DNA from: Takakia lepidozioides
Lineage: Eukaryota > Plantae > Bryophyta
Length of the DNA: 64,000 nt
Direction: 5' to 3'
Assembly: GCA_030704615.1 (NCBI GenBank)
Contig: CM060732.1
Location: 47,988,001 to 48,052,000, forward strand
In this document: one piece after another, positions 36,901 through 50,000 of the stretch
How positions within the stretch are numbered: the first letter of the stretch is position 1
How the letters are laid out: each line of letters starts with the position of its first letter
Translations under genes and position numbers: made by a program
Notes under the pieces: generated by a model
The model's database searches: none
Told to the model about the DNA's origin: nothing
Seen by the model: only the letters and a program-made list of their open reading frames with translations

Positions 36901-37698
36901 TACTACAACAGATCACGGTATTTATGACTATTCTGTAGTCATAAATGGTACATATGACTTCTATGACTGTAAGTCGTGCAAACCAAGTGAATACAATGAG
37001 TACATGATGGTACGGTCCGGATGACTACAGTCAGATGAACCAAGTGATATCTCTCACTGTAGTCATATATACCATACTGCAGTCGCCGCTACAGCGCCAC
37101 GTGGCGAGGCGCAATTGATTTAAAATAATAATAATATTTTTTTTATAAAAAAATGTCAGATGCCGCGTCGCACTGCGTTGTGCCACGTAGCATAATGTAT
37201 TTTATAATAATTGAAAAACCACGTGGCAGCCCATCTAGGGTGCTAGCCCTAGCTCATCTTATCCATTTGATTATACTTTGAGAAGTTTGAACCTGCAACC
37301 TCTTTGCTATAAGAGTTATAGTTCACTATCTACTAACCAATACACCCATTAGTCATTCATGTGATCATATGGTATTTTAATTGTATTATACACACCAAAT
37401 GACAAAATCCCCAGTAGTCATCATGACTATGTAACCTCATCCATGTACACTGTAGTCATGGAAATGACTATGAGTGGTGAGCTAGATCTGGTCAATTGCC
37501 GTTGACCAGTCGTCCGCCCATTCCGGAGCCATGTAGTCATACAGATGACTACTTAGATAGTCGTTCATATGACTACAGTCGTATGAACGACTGCGGGAGG
37601 TCAATTTCATATAAAAACATGGTGCAGTCATGGTCAAAGTCAAGAAAACCATGACTACCACGGTTTGGCGGTCATAACTACCGCAATCTGTTGTAGTG
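36901..37698. mobile_element. Non-autonomous CACTA/EnSpm element
   Basis: TIRs TACTACAACAGAT / ATCTGTTGTAGTG, 3-bp TSD TAG on both sides, many ATGACTAC/GTAGTCAT subterminal repeats. Confidence 0.92.
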
Positions 37699-38157
37699 TA
37701 GATTTCTTCATTTCAAGCAAATATTCCAGGAGAACCTTCTAGAAATAGCAAGAGTCTGTCTCCATTGTAGCTCTTCTGGTGCTTCAAGATTTTGCACAAA
37801 ACTCCATTCAGGTAAAAAATTAACAAGTGCAATCCTTGCGCAAGTGGAGAAACATGTGCTGCAATCTGTCAGAAATTCATACATCCACTTAGGTGGTAGT
37901 CAAGATAAACCATCGACATGATTTGACATGGGGAGCAACGTCCACTGGACAGACGAGGTTCAGAAAAATCAAGAATAGCCAGCTATGTTTCAATCTGTTT
38001 CAAGGAAGAGGCAGGCAATTTTTGTTTTCTAAGATAAACCTGCCACTGCAAATCCCATAGCAAGAGGCATTTGACCTTTGGGTCATTATAGGGTTGACAT
38101 CCTATGGGTTTTTCCACGTTGAATTTATCAGCATTTTTTCCAGATAACTGCAACTCG

Positions 38158-40605
38158 TCAAGGTGCGGTTGTGAGTTCATCTAGAAGAAACTTGTCCTTG
38201 TAGGGGTCGACGAGCGCTTTATATTTTGGAAAGAAGTTACCGAGCGCCTTCGGGTTCAAGTAAGACTTATACATATTCTCTACAATGTCGATGAGAACTG
38301 TGTTTGATCTGTACGCTACAGTGTTCTCTACTGTGAAAATCTCGTAAAGTCGTTTAAGATATTTGGCGCTTTCGGATATTTGGGCCATTTAGCACTAAAA
38401 GTCTGTCTATGCTTCACGCAGTCCTCATTGCTGAATTTCCTTACCTTGTGAAACCTTCTTCCATACAAAGCTAGCCCTATATCGAGGACATTGTCTAACG
38501 GTCCAGTGTTCCAAAAGTAGACCTTAAAATGTTTAAGGACCCATTTCAGGAAGTCGTCCAAACCATTTCGTATTGCAAGCTTGAACAGATACAAGGATGC
38601 GTAGCGGGAGGGGATCTCGGTCCATCTCGGAGGTAAACCTTACCAAGGTAACTGACATCAAGAACCATGACGTAGTATCCTGGTCTACATCCATTCGGTC
38701 CCTCAGATAAGCGATACCAATCCTCTGGGTTCACAGATTTGTGATAGTCGATTGGAGGGTGAATCATGTCATCTTGTGGAATAACAAAACAATTAATTCA
38801 TTTGAAAACTAGAAGAAGGACAATGAAGAACATTTTGAAGATGGTTATGAAGTGTATACCCGTTTCGGGGAGGGATTCCAAATCTGTTATTGGGGCTGCT
38901 TGCTCTCTTTTCCTTCGCACTGAGCAACGACCATCTCTGATTCATTTCCTCCATCTCGCAACGTCGACTGTACAGTGGAGGTTGCTTGTATGACCGGATC
39001 AGGTGAGTCGACCCTGATTGTTAAATCCACCTGCCTCCTCACTGTTTGAGTCTCGATGGATTCTGTCCGAGTGTGTGTAATTTCTTCCAATTTCCGTTCA
39101 TGTATCTATATGAGTTTTCGTAACCGTTAGTTAAATGTAAAGTTGAAAGATGTGGGAATATGACGCCAAACAAAAATCAAAATACAGATTAGCTAGTGAC
39201 AAAAACACAACCAGAACACAACCAGATGCAATACACACAATTTGTTCCATTTAAAATACTGAAAGACACCATAAATCTCTAGGTGTCATTCGTTACCTAT
39301 ATCCACATTGACATGTTGGGAGCCTCTGCCTCCCCTGTCTTTTCCGGGAGACGGGTTTTTAGTCCTCGATCTGTCTCCCTTGTCTTTTGGGGGAGACGGG
39401 CTCTTAGTCCTCTCTCTTTTTCCATGTCTTTTGCGGGAGACGGGGACATTGGCGCCGACTCGTCCCCTTGTACAGGTTTGAACCATTCTTTTGTATCCGA
39501 ACAACATTCCCGCCTACCTCCATGGAGCTGGCCTCGCCACCCCTTGAGGGTGAAGGAGGATTATTCTTAGTTCTCTCGCTTGAACTCGACGAATCCCCGT
39601 CAAGAATCACGACCTTGTGGACCGCAACGTCTTGCGTGGGGTTCGAAAGTCCATCCAGTGCGTGAGTTCTGAAGTCCTCAATCACATCAAGGTGTCTAGC
39701 ATCCCAAGGGTCTTCATTGATGCCCTCGTTGCCCTCGATGCCCTCGTCCTCCTCTCTGTGGTCGAACTGTTCTCTATCTCCTTGATTGTCATTCCATACT
39801 TCGTCGTTTTGTTGGTCTTCTAGCTCAACGTTTTCTTCTTCCATATCTTCATCCCCCACTTCATCATCCTCATCATTGTCTCCGCCGTCTACCTCGTCAG
39901 CAACATTGTCATTCTCGATTTCAAGCTTATTAAAATTCGCTTCAACTTTTCCTTTTCAAATTTATTTTTTTGTTGAGTGGTTGATGTCAAGCACTCGAAT
40001 GTTTCTTGCCTGCAGAGAAACCCAGTCAGCAAAACAAAGAACGTGTTCGAAGCAAAATGTAAAAAGCGTATGTAAAATACAAATAGGTTTTCCATCTACA
40101 TGAAGGGCGTACATCAACAGTACCGAAGATGTTGACAACGGACATCCCGTCTCGACAAAACAGGGAGGCCAAATAGTCATAGGTGTCAGCTCGTAGCTCA
40201 TGAGTATAAGTCCTACAGGCTTCTTCAAAAGCAGTTGGCTTCCCAACAGGCCTTTCAATAATCGGCTGAATTGGCTCGATTAAGAGCACTATAGCGATGT
40301 GCTCATCCGGATTCTGCATCTCCTCAGGGGTCGCTGGAAAAACATAGTCCAACATGACAGTCCGAGAGAAAGTCTTCGTGCTATTTTTGTAAACGTTTTC
40401 ATACTCCTCCGGAATATAAAATCCCTGCCGGACAAGATACAATGTTCTTCCGGGACCATTTTGGATATAAGAGACCAGATCCGTTTTCCCAAGTCAGTCT
40501 CCCATACTTAGAGCGATCCAAAGTTTCAACCTCAATGGTCAGTCCATCGGATGAATGATAGCAATTCAAACCTCTAGGTAATTTTTGAGATCTAATAAAA
40601 CCAAT
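38158..40605 (-). pseudogene. Degraded multi-exon gene: globular (methyltransferase-like?) domain, acidic and basic tracts, FCP1/NIF-like domain
   Basis: NIF-like part 38158-38700 (YVMVLDV, RNGLDDFL..FKVYFWN, NTVLID..YKSYLNP..FP); low-complexity 39283-39930; 40026-40605 includes ELRADTYDYLASLFCRDGMSVVNIFG; acceptor-like TTTCTCTGCAG near 40010. Confidence 0.5.
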
Positions 40606-43082
40606 GGCCGTTCCTTGGCCCAAGCCCCCCCAGTGGCCGGGTATTTGCCTTCAAATATCCTCGGCGGAAGGGGGCAATACCTCCCTTAAAACTTCCGTTT
40701 TTAATTTAAGGGGGGTCCGGATAAAATCCCCTATTAAAGGCGAATTACCCTGCTGAATAATAAGAACAAATAATTAAAACCTTCCTACAAATGCATGAAA
40801 TTCGTAGAAATAAAGAACCCTCATAGGATCTTGGAACTAACCAAATTACCTTCAAGGTACCAGGAGAATGCCCTGGGAACGCCCTTAATGTCGGGAGCAT
40901 TGGGGAACCGCTCTCCACTTTGGGAGCGCCCCTAAATTCCTATACCAAACCAATCAATAATGCATGCAACTTAGCAATCACCGGGCCAGGATGAATGAAA
41001 TCTGCCTCCTATTAGTTTCTCATCCAATTGACACCTTGGTGTGTAAACAATGATTAAACATTCAGCGGGTCCCAGGTCCATTCCCTAAGTCTCTTCCACC
41101 TACTTCCAATATAATCTGATTAATTTATGCAAGCAACCAGCCTAGAATGAATTTGGAACATGTCATCTTCTACCTTTTGAAACCCCTACCAAAGATTCTC
41201 TCCTCCCTATCTCTGGGCTCTCTCTCTCTGCCTATGGCATCCATCCGCGAGCCGTGCTTTCACAAGCCCCGGGATACATATCAAACTGATGGCTTCAATC
41301 GGGCCTATCCAATGGTACTAACCATTTCTTATCCTTTGCTAAAACACGCCTTCATTCCCATGCAAGAAGAACACCATGAATAGTGCACGAGAAATCAAAG
41401 GCATAGGGAGAAAACCCCCCTTAAAATACCCGTACCAGGGACCAGCAGTCCCTAGCGGGGTCCGTCGCAATATCCAGTGGTTAAAACCGATACCCCCCGG
41501 CCAGCGCTACGTGGCGCGACGTACCTGGCCCGCCGCCGGCGCGGGCCCAGTGGGTAATAGCATGCTCCGTCGTCTCTGCCACTCGTGTCATACCTGCGCG
41601 GCCCAGCTATGGCGCCTGGTGCTGCCACGCAACGCAGTGTATCAGCAACCCGTATTTTGCTTCAGAGGTCAACTCCCCCCACGGGGAAAGGCCACGCCAC
41701 CCGTGTTAGATGCGCCTTTCCATGGCGATTCTAGGCAACATCCTTGGTTGACCTCCAGCCTAGAGGCGCCTAAGGCACCGACACTTTAGTGCTGGGCTCT
41801 GTTTTTTTTGGCAGCTCTCTACAAAATAGCTTAACCACTTATAAAGCTAGTTAGCACTGCCTCCCATGGTCCTCCATGGCTAGGGGGCTTATGAACATGT
41901 AAATGGACTTAGTAATATGGAAATTTTGGCGATAGCTTCGCCGTCTCATGCAATATGGCCGTTACCACTAAGCTAAAAATAGAAATTTGACAAGAGCTTC
42001 GCTACTTCATGCAAGCTCTCCCTCTCCTTAAACTTAATAATGGACATCTACCCTCACTTCCATGATGTAATTGGGTTAGATTCCTAAGGCCCTGTCTCTT
42101 GGGGCTTCACACCTGTGCTCTTCACACATGCACATCAAGATTCACACACATCATCTTTGAAAGAGGGTTAGTTTTTATAAATTTCTAGCAAGCAATGCTA
42201 TAAGGTTCATTCTTGGAACAAGCTTAGACAACAAATAGAACAATTGAATTCAAAGGTCAAGATAATGTGGTAAGTCACCCTCTGAAACAAATGGTGCTCG
42301 GGATGCACTAAATCGATCGGTAGAATGGTACTCAAATCTGGTCCTCCTCCGGCCTTCTACTCGTCCTCAAGTCTCTCACTTCATAGAGCACTTCATCTAC
42401 TTCTTGCCTCAAATGGCCACAAGACCTTGAGCTAGGACTATCCTGCTCTCACTATGCTTGCTTCTACTACTAGAGAGCCACAAGCTCAACCCTCTAGGAT
42501 CTAGCTCCCTCAAGCTCAAAACTAACTACACAACCAAGAGTCCAAAGCAAATAAATGAGTCTAGATGAAGAACAAGAGGAGCTTGCTCTTCTTTTATTGT
42601 GTTTTTGGGGCCTCTTAAGCCAGTGAAAGATAGTCTTAAATTATTATTTCCTACATGAGTCTATAATTTAAAAACGATAGATCACAAAAAAATAATAGCC
42701 ATGGATGAAAAGCCTTGGAGATAATGATAAATGTGGTTTCTTCATCCATCCAATGGATGACCAGTTGGCGCTAGGTTTTTTTCATCCATCCAGCTTGCAG
42801 GTCGAATTTCCATTTTTCAGCCCTTGGATGAGCTAGAATTCTATTTAATCGTCATTCGCAACTGCCTGGTAATTTGATGCTGTCTTTCATCAATTCCAAA
42901 AATCACCAAACTTGGTGACAAATTATAATTAGATGCCCCGTAGCTGCCCGTAAATTCTCAAGGGAATCAGGAAAGAAAAGCCACACTTTTTGCTGGTTTC
43001 CATGGTTTCGCCATATAGGCAGTTTGCCGCTTCCTGACAGTTAAAATACTGGTGGTGCCCCAAGGGGTCTTTGGCCCTGCCA

Positions 43083-43760
43083 CTAGATCACATATCTTCT
43101 GGAGTTCCCTCCTACACACTTTGCATTGCTGAAGAGTTCAAAACTTCGCCGAGAAGCTCCTTCACCCGTCGTTCGCTCCGATGCAGCACTTGCTTTGTCG
43201 CGATATTTCATCGCTATAAAGATTGTTTCGTCCAATTGCCAAGACTCCTCGCCATGTGCTCCTATTGGACTTGAAAGGCGAGAGAATAGAGAGATCGCAA
43301 TCCGGGACTGCAACAGTCGTCATGTATTGTTTCGAACAGGTGCATGTTGTCGTTACTGGTACCGAATTGGCAGCCTAATTCGCTGTCGATGCAACGCCCT
43401 ACGGTCATTTTGACGCCAAAGCTTCTTTCCATGGTCGTCTCCGACATGATCTAAGTTCCTACGTGCTTTACCGGCGATTCCTAGATAACTCACAAACTGC
43501 CCTGCTTTGGCAGTATAATGCCTAAACTGTCTGCAAAAGAAATTTGTATCAATATATGCATCTACAAGTGGTGCAAGATACACCGGATGTTTGGAGTCGA
43601 ACAAATGAAGCTGGAAGAGTCGCGCTTTCACTTCGTCCTTATGTTTGATATTGAGCGGTCGGTAAACCATGCTCCTTAGAGCTAGTTCCATCATGGAAAC
43701 CTTCACATAGAAGATACTCTCGAATCCAAACGGAAAGACATCGTTATATTCCTTCATGAG
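43083..43760 (-). pseudogene. Degraded ORF, possibly ParB-like
   Basis: MVYRPLNIKHKDEVKARLF..PVYLAP then, one frame over, ELSRNRR*ST*EL, resembling ParB IxxGxRR..A..EL. By eye only. Confidence 0.3.
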
Positions 43761-43859
43761 CAATGTGATTTGGGGGGCAATGTGCCATCTACCGCATATT
43801 GCGTGCCAGTGTCGGCCTTGTGCTGCTGCCACAAGCCCCTGTAGGTCTCATTTGAGTGA

Positions 43860-46169
43860 TGTTACTTTGAATTTTTTGGGTGCTGGTCATGTCGTGACTC
43901 CTGTGGGTGCAAGTACTTTACAACTTGGGAATTCTGTACCGGGGGATGTCGAGATGGTTGCTATGGATGGATATGAGGGCGATTCGTGCAAGGAAGAGGA
44001 CTAGGAAAATGATGGTGACTGTGAGGAGGCGGAAGATGTTCCAAATGCATCTTTTGCCAGTTTGTTTGCTCCTGGAAAATGGAGAGTCGTTTGGTGGGCC
44101 TTCACCTGGGCCTTTGTCTGGGCAACATGACAGAGAGCTCTCTTGCTATGCGTTCTTTTTTCGCTTTGTTCTGGTCGAGTGCACTCCTTGATCGAATTTG
44201 TCGAGAGACGAATCTGTATGCTGCCGAGACTGTTGTAGAACTCGAATTGGGCCAGTGTGGAGGCCATTGATCGTGGCAAAGTTGGAAGCTTGGATTGGCG
44301 TGTGTTTGTTCATGGGGATAAAGTCGAGGCTGCCCAATAGCCGCTGCTATTGGCAGTAGAGTGAGGTATTTCTTGCATGCCCTGTCATTAAAAATGATAT
44401 GACCAGAGATCGGTATGAAGTTATTTTGCGCTGCTTGTATTTGGTGGACAACGCAACCCTGGTGTCTGATCGTATTAGTGCTGCATTTGACAAAATTAGC
44501 AATGTGAGGTGGGCTTGTGAGGATATTGCAAGTGCTTGCAAACGTCATTGGAACTTGAACAAATTGCTGACTATGGTTGAAATCATGATAAGGTATGACG
44601 GGAAATATTGTGCCATATGCCAATATATGCCCAAAAAGCCAGTCAAGTGGGGCATAAAAGTCTGGGCTCTTGTAGATGCAGTCAGTAGCTATGTGTACGA
44701 TTTTGCTGTCTATTATGGCAAGAACGGTGGCCGCATGAGGGAGAAGTCTGGCAAAGGTGAAGGATATGATGTGGTCACTTGTTTAGTCTCTGGATTGCAT
44801 GGGCTCGGGCTTGTGGTGGTAACTGACAACTACTTCACATCCCTAGAGTTGCTATGTGATATGGCTTTGCTTGGGACATGGGCCACTGGTACTGTCAGGC
44901 TGAATAGAAAGGGGTTGCCCCCCTCATTGACTTGCTTGAAGAAATGCAAGACAACCAAGTAAGGAGATACTTGGTAGCGAATGCATACTAGTCGGCATGT
45001 CGCCGCTTGCCTGTGGTGGGATAAACATGGTCTCATCGGCATCTCGGCCAGCAGCAGGCCCGAATTCACTTGGGACTGTCCGAAGATTTGTGGGGAATAC
45101 CAAGGTGCAGGTGCCTTCTATTCCATGCATGATATCAGACTTACATGCGGGGTGTTGATGTCCAGGACTAGTTGCGAGGTGCATACAACATGTAGCTGAA
45201 AACTCACAAATGGTGGCAGAGAGTGTTCCTTTTCCTTTTGGACCACCACCATAGTCAATTTCTATATTTTGCATGTCTCCCACATGAGACATGGGGTTGC
45301 GAGGGATGACCCATCTTGAGTTCTCCTTGGCCATGGCACACAGTCTTATGTCACACCCTGGAGTTGTTTTGCACCCCGAACATGGCCACTGTTGTCGACC
45401 TCGCCTTCGAGGTGACATTCGTCTTTGCATAGTCCGCTTCGTCGTGTGTGCACACAATGCCACATGCAGACTCACTACAGGCCCTGACTCACTACAGGCC
45501 CTGCCAAAAACGGGGAGGAACACCGGGACGGTTGGAACGAGGTGGCCCTGAGAAATATTGGCAAAGCATGATGTGGCCCGGAAAACGTCACCGGACTCGG
45601 CACAAAATCCGGCGACCATTTGCCTGACTGGAAGGAGGCCGGAAAATTCAGAAAATCCTCCATCCCATTGAAGGCAGTTTGGGAAATTCTTGGGCAATGT
45701 AGTGTAGTTCTTGGCCTAGAACTGTCTGACCGTTGGAAATCCCACTTGGAGTAAAATTTCCTAATGGGACCTCAACCATTTGCTTTGCAAATTCACTCTT
45801 TTGACCCCCATTGCAGTCACATACAAAGCACCCCGCCCTATTTTTTGGCATATTGGGGTGAAATTTGGTGTGAGGGTTTGGGATGCAGCACTACACTAGA
45901 ATATGACATTTTTTCTCCTAGCAAAATTTTGCAACATTGAGTTTTTGCTTGGTCAAACATGAAGTTTTGGTTTGATTTTCACAAAAATGCACCTTGTTCA
46001 ATTGCTATAATCTCCCAAACAAAACGGTGGAATCTCCCCAAAGTTGGGGTGCTTGTGCATCTGGTAGGTGGGTACGACTTTGTACTGTTCATCCACGTGG
46101 ATGAATGGGGGTAGGCAGCTATAGGCTGACGTGTGAGGGCCAAAAAACCAAAAACAGCTTAGGGGTTAA
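43860..46169 (+). mobile_element. piggyBac-like transposase relic with candidate right end
   Basis: ICRETNLYA, MTRDRY..I.RCL, QYMPKKPVKWGIKVW, VVTDNYFTS, GTVRLNRKG (DDE_Tnp_1_7-type); ..AGGGG followed by TTAA at 46166-46169. Left TIR not found. Confidence 0.85.
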
Positions 46170-46392
46170 ATCCATTTGTTAAAATTTTGATTTAAAAGAC
46201 CTTTATAGAACCCACCCTTGATAGGAGCTGTAGCCATAAACTGAAGTGATTCTTACGTCGGCTCTAATAGGACGCTTCTAATCACGCGGCTGCCTAAATC
46301 CAGCAAAAGCCCCGTGAGATTGTACTCCTCCATTAAGTTTTTGTAAAATTTGAATATTGTTCACGAATAGTGCGGAGCAACGCACAACCTAG
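46170..46392 (+). mobile_element. Helitron 3' terminal fragment (E2)
   Basis: Hairpin GTGCG-GAGCAA-CGCAC, then AAC-CTAG, then T. Confidence 0.75.
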
Positions 46393-46407
46393 TTATTAAC
46401 ATTGAAC

Positions 46408-46583
46408 GACAACCAACTTGCAGCCAGTGGTAAAGAGCAAATACCAGGTTGTGGGTTCAATGGTTCAACCCACTGATTGGTGTCACAAAGGTGTCCGGTG
46501 TCCACCTGCCGGAAGGGTAGCCCTTCCGGGTGAAGAGACACCATAATTTCCGCTTCCTTCGAGAGGCGTCATATATTATCTCA
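46408..46583 (+). mobile_element. tRNA-derived SINE with 15-bp TSD
   Basis: TSD TTATTAACATTGAAC at 46393-46407 and 46584-46598; A-box-like GCAGCCAGTGG and B-box GGTTCAACCC. Confidence 0.8.
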
Positions 46584-47053
46584 TTATTAACATTGAACTA
46601 TCCATTTTCTTAAGCCATTTTCTCAGCTCCAGTCCATATGGAATAAATGCAATGAACATTCCAGGATATGCTAAACAAGATGCCTTGGGTATCCAAAGGG
46701 CTGTGCAAAAATAAAATGAAGGAAACGAAAAAACTAGGTCAGTAGGCACCTTCAACAATATGCTTCAGAATCCCAAATGGATAAAATCTTGATTTCAAAT
46801 ATCTCACAGACAGGGGATTTGATTTCAAGTTCTGAGCACCATTAATCTCAAAATCACCTGATGTAAACTTGCCAAGTCCAGCTGGAAAGTTCCACGTCGA
46901 TACACTAACCAGATCAGGCACCTCACAATTGTGGCTGACCTTAAAATTCAAGCGTATCAGGGTCAAACAACCAGTCTTTAGTTAGCTCACTAGATATTTG
47001 TAGGAATCACCTACACTTCGGACAAGACCTCTCTACTTGTTTGATCCTACATA

Positions 47054-50000
47054 TTACAGCTTTCCCTCTAAGTAGCTTGTCTTCAGTTTTTTCAGGTAGC
47101 TCCTCAAATTATCCTCACTCAAATTGGCAAACTGCAAACAAAGTAGTTTCTGTGCCACATGATAGTCCCTGTGAAGCTGTCCGTACTTGGCATGCCCAAA
47201 CTTTAGGCGAGTTAACTCCTGAAACATGATCCAAACAGAAAATCACAGTAAATAAGAATTAGGATGGTCTGCAAAGCACCTAGCCAAGCCATAAGTGGGC
47301 ATCATGATTTAATTGCCTGCATCTCAATGTCCTGGATTCCTCATTGCAGGCTAATTACGAGGTCATGAAATCTCAACTGCTTAACCTAGACAGCAAGCTG
47401 TTTTTGGATCACAAGCTGATCCCTGTGAGTTGAAGATGGTTCAGAAGATTCCTCCAAGGTACCTTTTCAGTGAGCAAATGGGAAACCTTACGTGCCTCCG
47501 TGACAACAGAGTCCGGTAAACCAGCAACTTCTGCTAAATATAGCCCATACTGTGGAATCTCTGTGTATCCTTCTTTAAGTGAAAACTGCAAGTTATCCCA
47601 ACAGGTCAGTTTCTTCATAATTGACTGTGGACAGAGACGTGCAGGCCTTGAAAAGTGGTCAACAGAGGACAATGGATCTACAGATTTTTCTTCATATTAT
47701 TGTTGTAATAATAAACCATCATGAAATGACACAAACATTTGATGTGCACAACTTCTCAGGGAACAGAACAGTTCAAAACTAACTTTGAAATTGAGGCGGT
47801 TGTTGTTGATAGTGACCGCAAAGTAGCAGACTCTCACATTGGGGTAGATGATAGAAAGCTCGTCCAATCGTTGCATGTGTGAAGCAAAGATAGTATAGCT
47901 GTGAAATGGCAACAATCCAGAGTCTCCAGCCGTTAGAGGGTCTGCCCAAATGCTTTGTATGTGGACATACATGAATTCACACGATGAATTAAGCAAGTGC
48001 TATGCCCTGTTAGTGAGGGCTTCACACAAGCAACCACTGATTGTGATGTCTGGATTTTAAGTGCCATATGCTCAACAGCATCTAGTTCTGGAAGAGCTAA
48101 TTTGGAAATTTTGTCCTAGAAGGTTGAAGGCTTTTGTGCTTTGTTTTCTCTCGCCCAAAAGGGAGAAGGGCAAAAGCAACATACGCCCTTTTGGACACCA
48201 GAAATTCACTGCAACTCCATGCAATTGCGAGACCATCGGCTGTTGAAGTTGCTCTTCCTAGTTCATCAATTAACACCAGACTCCTGCCAAAAACATGACA
48301 ATGCATAAGACACTGATTAAACTGAGTGACTCTCAAGCTTGAGGGAGGTGTATCACACTGTTGCCTTTGCCCCATGTTGTATGGGGTAAGCACTTGTGTA
48401 AGTCTTACAGTCTGTTCAGATGAATGGCCCCATGCACAAAGACCATCTAAAGACAATGCGAGGTAATGGGCCGAGACAACATCTGGATGATTGGTGGCAG
48501 ACACTACCTCGAGGTCAAATTCTGCAGTAAAAAGGCAGTCTCCCTCATCTCTGTCATGAACTGGGAGCATGCAAAATGTCTTGTGAGCAATGGCAAAGTC
48601 AATATGATTGTCCACCAACTGGAGGTATGCCCATCATTATTCTAAGCTAGTCTCTGTATGTAGCAATGTGAATTGGGTGAAGTCACCACCTCTTCCAAAA
48701 ACTAGAGCCCACCCAGATATTATTTTAAATGTAAACTATAAATTGCAATTAATCTAGCACCAATGATTCAGGTTTGCTTCCAGTCTTGGTCAGATCAAAT
48801 GTGCCTCACACCCTTCCTTTGGTAGAAAAGAACATGTCTCTGTAGAGATCCCACTAGATGTCCAGAAAAGTACAATACTGGTATAGCTCAAAAAAATCCT
48901 CGACACATGGAAGAAATGGGAAGGTGAGTCACAACATACCGTGCTTGAATTGGACTCCAGATTATCCCCCGTTCCAATCCGAGTGAGAATACGATCCACC
49001 ACTCGGAAAGATGCAAAATGTGCAGGAACATAACAGCCAATGTGGGCCAAGACTGTTATGAGTGCCACTTGTTGCAAGTAGGTGCTTTTACCACTCCTGG
49101 TTCAAGGGAATGTACACACAAGGTTTGCACTGAATATTTCTAAATGTGTGCCAATGTGTGCTCATCAGCTGATGCACTATCACAAGTTTGAATAATTAGA
49201 CACTTCCAACTACTCGGTGTAACTTGGCATGATGGATTGTGGCTTGCAAGTGCTGCCAGGAACACTGTGCAAAGTGCAGGGCAATTATTATCTTCAATCT
49301 GCTCATTGCCGCTATCTCATGCCTGGGAACTTGCATTTTTGTTCATGCTCACATCTCCAATTGAAAACAACTGTCAACTCAATCTTCAGAAGACTAGAAA
49401 TAGAGAAATGGTTCCACAGCTTTCTCACTTACATGTTGGGACCTGTCACAATCAGCATATTAGATGCTTCTGACAGGAAGGTGTTGTTTGGCTGCAAACA
49501 TCAAATCAGCTTTTAGACAATTGTCCTATCTGTTCAACCTACAAGACCAAGAGAGCAAGTCTAACCAGAAAATGAAATTGTAAGGAATACAGGTGATGTA
49601 AGCCAACTTACAGCTATCCATGAACAAATAGAGAGGTACAGTGCATGTCCTGTGCTCTCTTGCATCTCAAAATTAGCTATGTGGATTCAGTGTAGTATCA
49701 CCGAAGTTGTATGCACCTACCATGAAGTCTTCTGATAAAGTAGTTTCAAGGATGGGGTGTCTGCCTGCCTCAATAGCTATTGGCCCATTCTCTGTAAGCA
49801 ATTAGTAGCGATCCTTGTCATGTCAACTCTGCTTAATAGTGTTATGACAGATGACTGCACTCAATCATCCTGGGCCAAAATCAAAATAACTAACAATACA
49901 CTTGCTATAATGCACCTGTGAATTGAGGCCGATTGTAGCTTCCATGGGGCTTGGTCGAGATCATGTAAGCGAATGAATTGACCATCATGTCGAGGAGCGA

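Noticed and set aside
37275-37350. tRNA gene
   Set aside because: Only degenerate A/B-box-like words inside the CACTA element; no cloverleaf.
36915-37680. CRISPR-like array of ATGACTAC repeats
   Set aside because: Irregular spacing, both orientations, bounded by CACTA TIRs: these are subterminal repeats.
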